Origin: Octopus sinensis
Lineage: Eukaryota
Length of the DNA stretch: 11,303 nucleotides
NCBI RefSeq assembly: GCF_006345805.1
Contig: NW_021827039.1
Location: forward strand, 1 to 11,303
Reading direction: 5' to 3'
A model generated the notes under the pieces. The model ran no database searches and had not been told where the DNA came from. It worked only from the letters and a program-made list of their open reading frames with translations. The position numbers and the translations under genes were made by a program. Positions 7,968 through 11,303 of the stretch are shown here, one piece after another (positions within the stretch are counted from its first letter, which is position 1; each line of letters opens with the position of its first letter).

Positions 7968-9470
7968 CAAGGGCCAACAGTCATTGCGAACTTAACAATG
8001 GGATACATGGAAATAATCATTTACCAGGAATCTCTATCAATCTTTGGAAACTCCCTCTCTCAATACATAAAAGAGAATTGGAAACGATTCCTAGACGATT
8101 GTTTCATTCTCTGGAATGAAACATAGATAAACTCCTAAAATTTAAAAACCTATTGAACAGCATAAACCCAAATATACAGTTCACAATGGAATACAACCAA
8201 AAGGAGCTCCCGTTCTTGGATATACTAATTAAAAAATTAACCTTAAAATAGAAACAGACATTTTTACAAAGCCACAGACGCCAAACAATACCTTCTTTTT
8301 AATTCATGCCACCCAAGACACACTAAAACAAACATCCCTTCAACCTTGCAAGAAGGATATGCACAATAGTGTCAGAACAAAATACCAGGAACTTTAGACT
8401 GCAAGAACTCAAAAACACCCTAATTGACAGACATTACCCAGCTCAACTCATAGAGGATGGGATCAGACGTGCAACAGAAATCAACATAGAAACTTTAAGA
8501 AAAGTTCAACACAACAACAACACCCTTCCCCGAAAATACTACCTTACATATCTACATACAACCCCAGAAACAAAGAAGCCTTCACCATCATCATCACCCA
8601 GAATTTACCAATACTTCATAAAAACCCAAAATTAAAGGAAATTCTAAACATACACCAAATCATTAAAAGCTACAAACAGCCTAAATCACTTAAAAAGATT
8701 CTCACAAAGGCAAAATTGTCTTCTAAAATTACGGATGTAAAAGTAAAAAATGTGGTAGATCGAACTGTGCAACATGTCCTAACCTATTGGAAGGATCGAA
8801 TTCTTCTTTAAAGAGGGACAGAAATTTAAGATCAAATCTAACTTTACTTGTGCCTCTGAAAACATAATTTATGTTATTAAATGCTCGGGCTGCCACCAAG
8901 ACTACGTGGGTTCCACGGACTATCACTCAGGCGTAGATGCACACTGCATCGACAACAGATTGCATTCCCAGAATATAGAATGATACCTTTTAGTGAGCAC
9001 ATTGAGAAATGCGCAAAGCAACTACTGCCACATTTTTAATCTTCCCATTTTACCAATGTGCTTTCGGATCATCAACACAAATGAGACTGAACAAGGAAAC
9101 ATTCTTCATTGAAAAGTACAAACCAGACTCAACCATCCGAACATACTGACACAGAGAAATTAACAGGAAAGGGAAAAAAAATTTTTAAGCGATTATCTCC
9201 CTTACCCCGGAAGAATCACTCACTCCCTCCCCTTATTTAGAAATCTCCTGGAAATAAAAACAACGATAACTCCATGCAATATAAACATAACGTCAAAGAA
9301 ATTTGAAAAGCTACACGCGAAACCGTAATTTCTTTAAAAAATTTTTAAATTATGTCATTTAAAGGAAAGGAAAAAAATTTTTCCAATATTCTCTAGACAT
9401 TTTGACACAAATATATTATTTTTTTAACATTTAAGCCTTCTGTCGTTTTTTCACACTTTACTACTTTTTC
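7968..9470 (+). mobile_element. 5'-truncated Penelope-like retroelement (probably Neptune-type) with 3' non-coding/pLTR region
   Basis: RT remnants [21 protein letters not shown] (FLDD 8088-8099), IQFTME...LPFLDI, KQYLLFNSCHP and NLARRICTIVS. Linker KCGRSNCATC. GIY-YIG motif IIYVIKCSGCHQDYVGST (about 8864-8917). Multiple frameshifts. The non-coding 3' part (about 9140-9470) contains a hammerhead. Confidence 0.93.
9295..9335 (+). ncRNA. Minimal type I hammerhead ribozyme with U3-A8 compensatory core
   Basis: Stem I AAAGAAAT/ATTTCTTT (8 perfect bp), core TTGAAAA, stem II GC-TACAC-GC, GAAAC-C-GT, H17=A9327. It lies in the PLE 3' region, where hammerheads are expected. Confidence 0.8.
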
Positions 9471-9471
9471 T

Positions 9472-9477
9472 TATATA

Positions 9478-9541
<64 letters not shown>
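9472..9541. repeat. (TA)n microsatellite, right flank of the PLE
   Basis: TA run with TT/AA phase interruptions. Confidence 0.97.
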
Positions 9542-9543
<2 letters not shown>

Positions 9544-9702
9544 GCATATCTAGGGGTACAGGACGTCACAAATGTAAACACATGAAATGCGAAATACGAA
9601 AACAACATGAAATACGAAACAGTTTGGGTATGCAAACAACGAGAGAAACAAATGGAAAACAATACAAGTAACGTAAAGACCGACCCTTCATCAGTTGTCG
9701 GC

Positions 9703-9933
9703 AGTCTAATTGACGTGGCAGCGCCAGGAGATCAACACATCATCATGAAAGAAAGAGAAAAGGTTTATAAATATGGAGACTGGAGAATTGATTTCGTTAA
9801 GATGTGGCAGCCACGAGAGCCAAACATAAAAGTTGTTGTTATCAGAGTAATGGGTTCAATACCACCAAACCTGAAAAAACATCTGAAAACCTTAGAAATA
9901 CCCTACAATATAGATGTATTGCAAAAATCGGCA
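9703..9933 (+). mobile_element. Fragment of the restriction-like endonuclease (RLE) domain of an R4/Dong/NeSL-type LINE
   Basis: SLIDVAAPGDQHIIMKEREKVYKYGDWRIDFVKMW...VMGSIPPNLKKHLKTLEIPYNIDVLQKSA matches the IDVAxPxD...KExEKxxKY...LQKS pattern. The upstream PD motif is absent. The exact clade is uncertain. Confidence 0.8.
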
Positions 9934-9950
9934 AAAATCGGCAAAAATCG

Positions 9951-10420
9951 GCAAAGATATGCCATAATATACATCTGGAAGATCCTAGAGGAACTTGTCC
10001 CAAACTTTGGCATCGAGTGTTACACAAATGCCAGAACTGGGTGCCACTGCATAGTGCCAAGGACTCCGAATTTGGCATCAAGATGTAGGACAAGATACTG
10101 TGATAGCCTGGGCTTCAGAGGCCCACGGCTCTTCAATATCCTCCCGAAGAACCTAAGAGACCTGCATGGAGTGGATGCAGATGTCTTTAAAATAAAACTG
10201 GATCTCCTCCTGTCAGGTGTCCCAGATGAACCAACTTCACGGCAGGAGGTGCAGATGAGGGCAGCTGCATCGAACTCTCTCATGCACCAAATGGCAATTG
10301 CTAAAAAGCATTCGTGAAGTTAAATCATGTAGCAACACCAAATGGCGGTGCCCCAGCATGGCCACAGCTCGTTAGCTGAAACTAGATAAAATAAAAATAA
10401 AATAAAATAATAATAAAAAA
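9951..10420 (+). mobile_element. 3' end of a CR1/L2-group LINE with structured tail and A-rich repeats
   Basis: RYAIIYIWKILEELVPN...RGPRLFNILP...FKIKLDLLLSGVPDEP, stop at 10317. A short 3' UTR contains GGCGGTGCCCCAGCATGGCC...CTGAAAC, then (TAAAA)n. The clade call is from recalled C-terminal motifs. Confidence 0.75.
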
Positions 10421-10439
10421 ATTACTTGGAACTTCACGC

Positions 10440-10500
10440 ATATTGTGTAAAGTAGTGTCTGTCTGAGGTCCTTGTTGTGAGTTCGATGCCCTGGTAGACA
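10440..10500 (+). other. Possible degenerate tRNA-derived head
   Basis: B-box-like GAGTTCGATGCC at 10479-10490. The A box is not convincing. Confidence 0.25.
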
Positions 10501-10552
10501 CAATATCTTCAATCAACAACCTCACAATGCTGGATACTGTGCGGAGTCCTTA

Positions 10553-11096
10553 ATTTCAATTTTTTGCCACAAGGGTACTAAACTGGTACTTATTTTATCG
10601 ACCCCGAAAGGCTGAAAGGAAAAGTCTACCTCGGCGGAATTTGAACTTAGAACATAGCGGCGGACGAAATACAGGTAAGCATTTATTTCTTTACTGCCCA
10701 CAAGGGGCTACACACAGAGGGAACAAACAAGGACAGACACACGGATTAAGTCTATTACATCGACCCCAGTGCGTAACTGGTATTTATTTAATCGACCCCG
10801 AAACGATGAAAGGCAAAGTTGACCTCGGCGGAATTTGAACTCAGAACGTAGCGGCAGATGAAATACCTATTTCTTTATTACCCACAAGGGCTAAACACAG
10901 AGGGACAACAAGGACAGACAAAGGGATTAAGTCGATTACATCGACCCCAGTGCGTAACTGGTACTTAATTCATCGACCCCGAAAGGATGAAAGGCAAAGT
11001 TGACCTCGGCGGAATTTGAACTCAGAACGTAGCGGCACACGAAATACCGCAAAGCATTTCGCCCGGCGTGCTAACGTTTCTGCCAGCTCGCCCGCC
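10553..11096 (-). mobile_element. Head-to-tail trimer of the tRNA-derived SINE (one full unit plus two 5'-truncated units)
   Basis: Units at about 10867-11096 (full head GGCGGGCGAGCTGGCAGAAAC), 10684-10866 and 10553-10683 (short 3' part). Each has a GAGTTCAAATTCC-like B box. Confidence 0.88.
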
Positions 11097-11112
11097 TTAA
11101 TAATAATAATGA

Positions 11113-11180
11113 TGATTTCATTAATTTGCCAGAAGAGCGAAGAATGAGGGAGGACAATACTAAGACACATAAAGTGTGGG
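11113..11180 (-). mobile_element. Diverged SINE 3' end, related to 6423-6490
   Basis: ATTTCATTAATTTGCCAGAAGAGCGAAGAATGAGGGAGGACAATACTAAGACACATAAAGTGTGGGG aligns to 6423-6490. Both are preceded by AAT/GAT repeats. Confidence 0.55.
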
Positions 11181-11189
11181 GTGGTTCAT

Positions 11190-11303
11190 ATAATAAAAAG
11201 AAAGAAAGAAAGAGAAAGAGAGAGAGAGAGAGAAAGAAAGAGGGAAAGAAAGGAAGAGGGAGAGAAAGAGAGAGAGAGAGAAAGAAGAAAGAAAGAAAGA
11301 AGG
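11190..11303. repeat. (GA)n/(GAAA)n polypurine microsatellite
   Basis: Purine-only GA/GAAA units to the end of the window. Confidence 0.95.

Noticed and set aside
9545-9705. Minus-strand CTGATGA inside a CCGAC/GTCGG hairpin, next to (TA)n
   Set aside because: No downstream stem II-GAAA module is present. It may be another repeat fragment, but a ribozyme is unsupported.

Overview
This AT-rich animal non-coding DNA consists almost entirely of microsatellites and transposable-element debris. I recognise no host gene, and nearly all long ORFs are microsatellite artefacts. The repeat families look like those I associate with octopus (coleoid cephalopod) genomes; this is recall, not a database result. 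Supported content: (i) a 5'-truncated, frameshifted Penelope-like element (RT FLDD, CxxxxCxxC linker, GIY-YIG; 7968-9470) with a hammerhead ribozyme fold in its 3' region; (ii) three further hammerhead-like motifs in short fragments, one inside a 118-bp foldback palindrome; (iii) an RTE-clade LINE fragment, and an RLE-endonuclease LINE fragment fused in frame to the 3' end of a CR1/L2-group LINE; (iv) at least four tRNA-derived SINE types, several in tandem or multimeric form; (v) two adjacent 221-bp TTAA/CCCTT piggyBac-type MITEs. The most notable observations are the hammerhead scaffolds with non-canonical cores (TTGAAAA, CCGACGA, CTGTGGAA), and a SINE and a LINE sharing a 42-nt 3' tail with compensatory hairpin changes.
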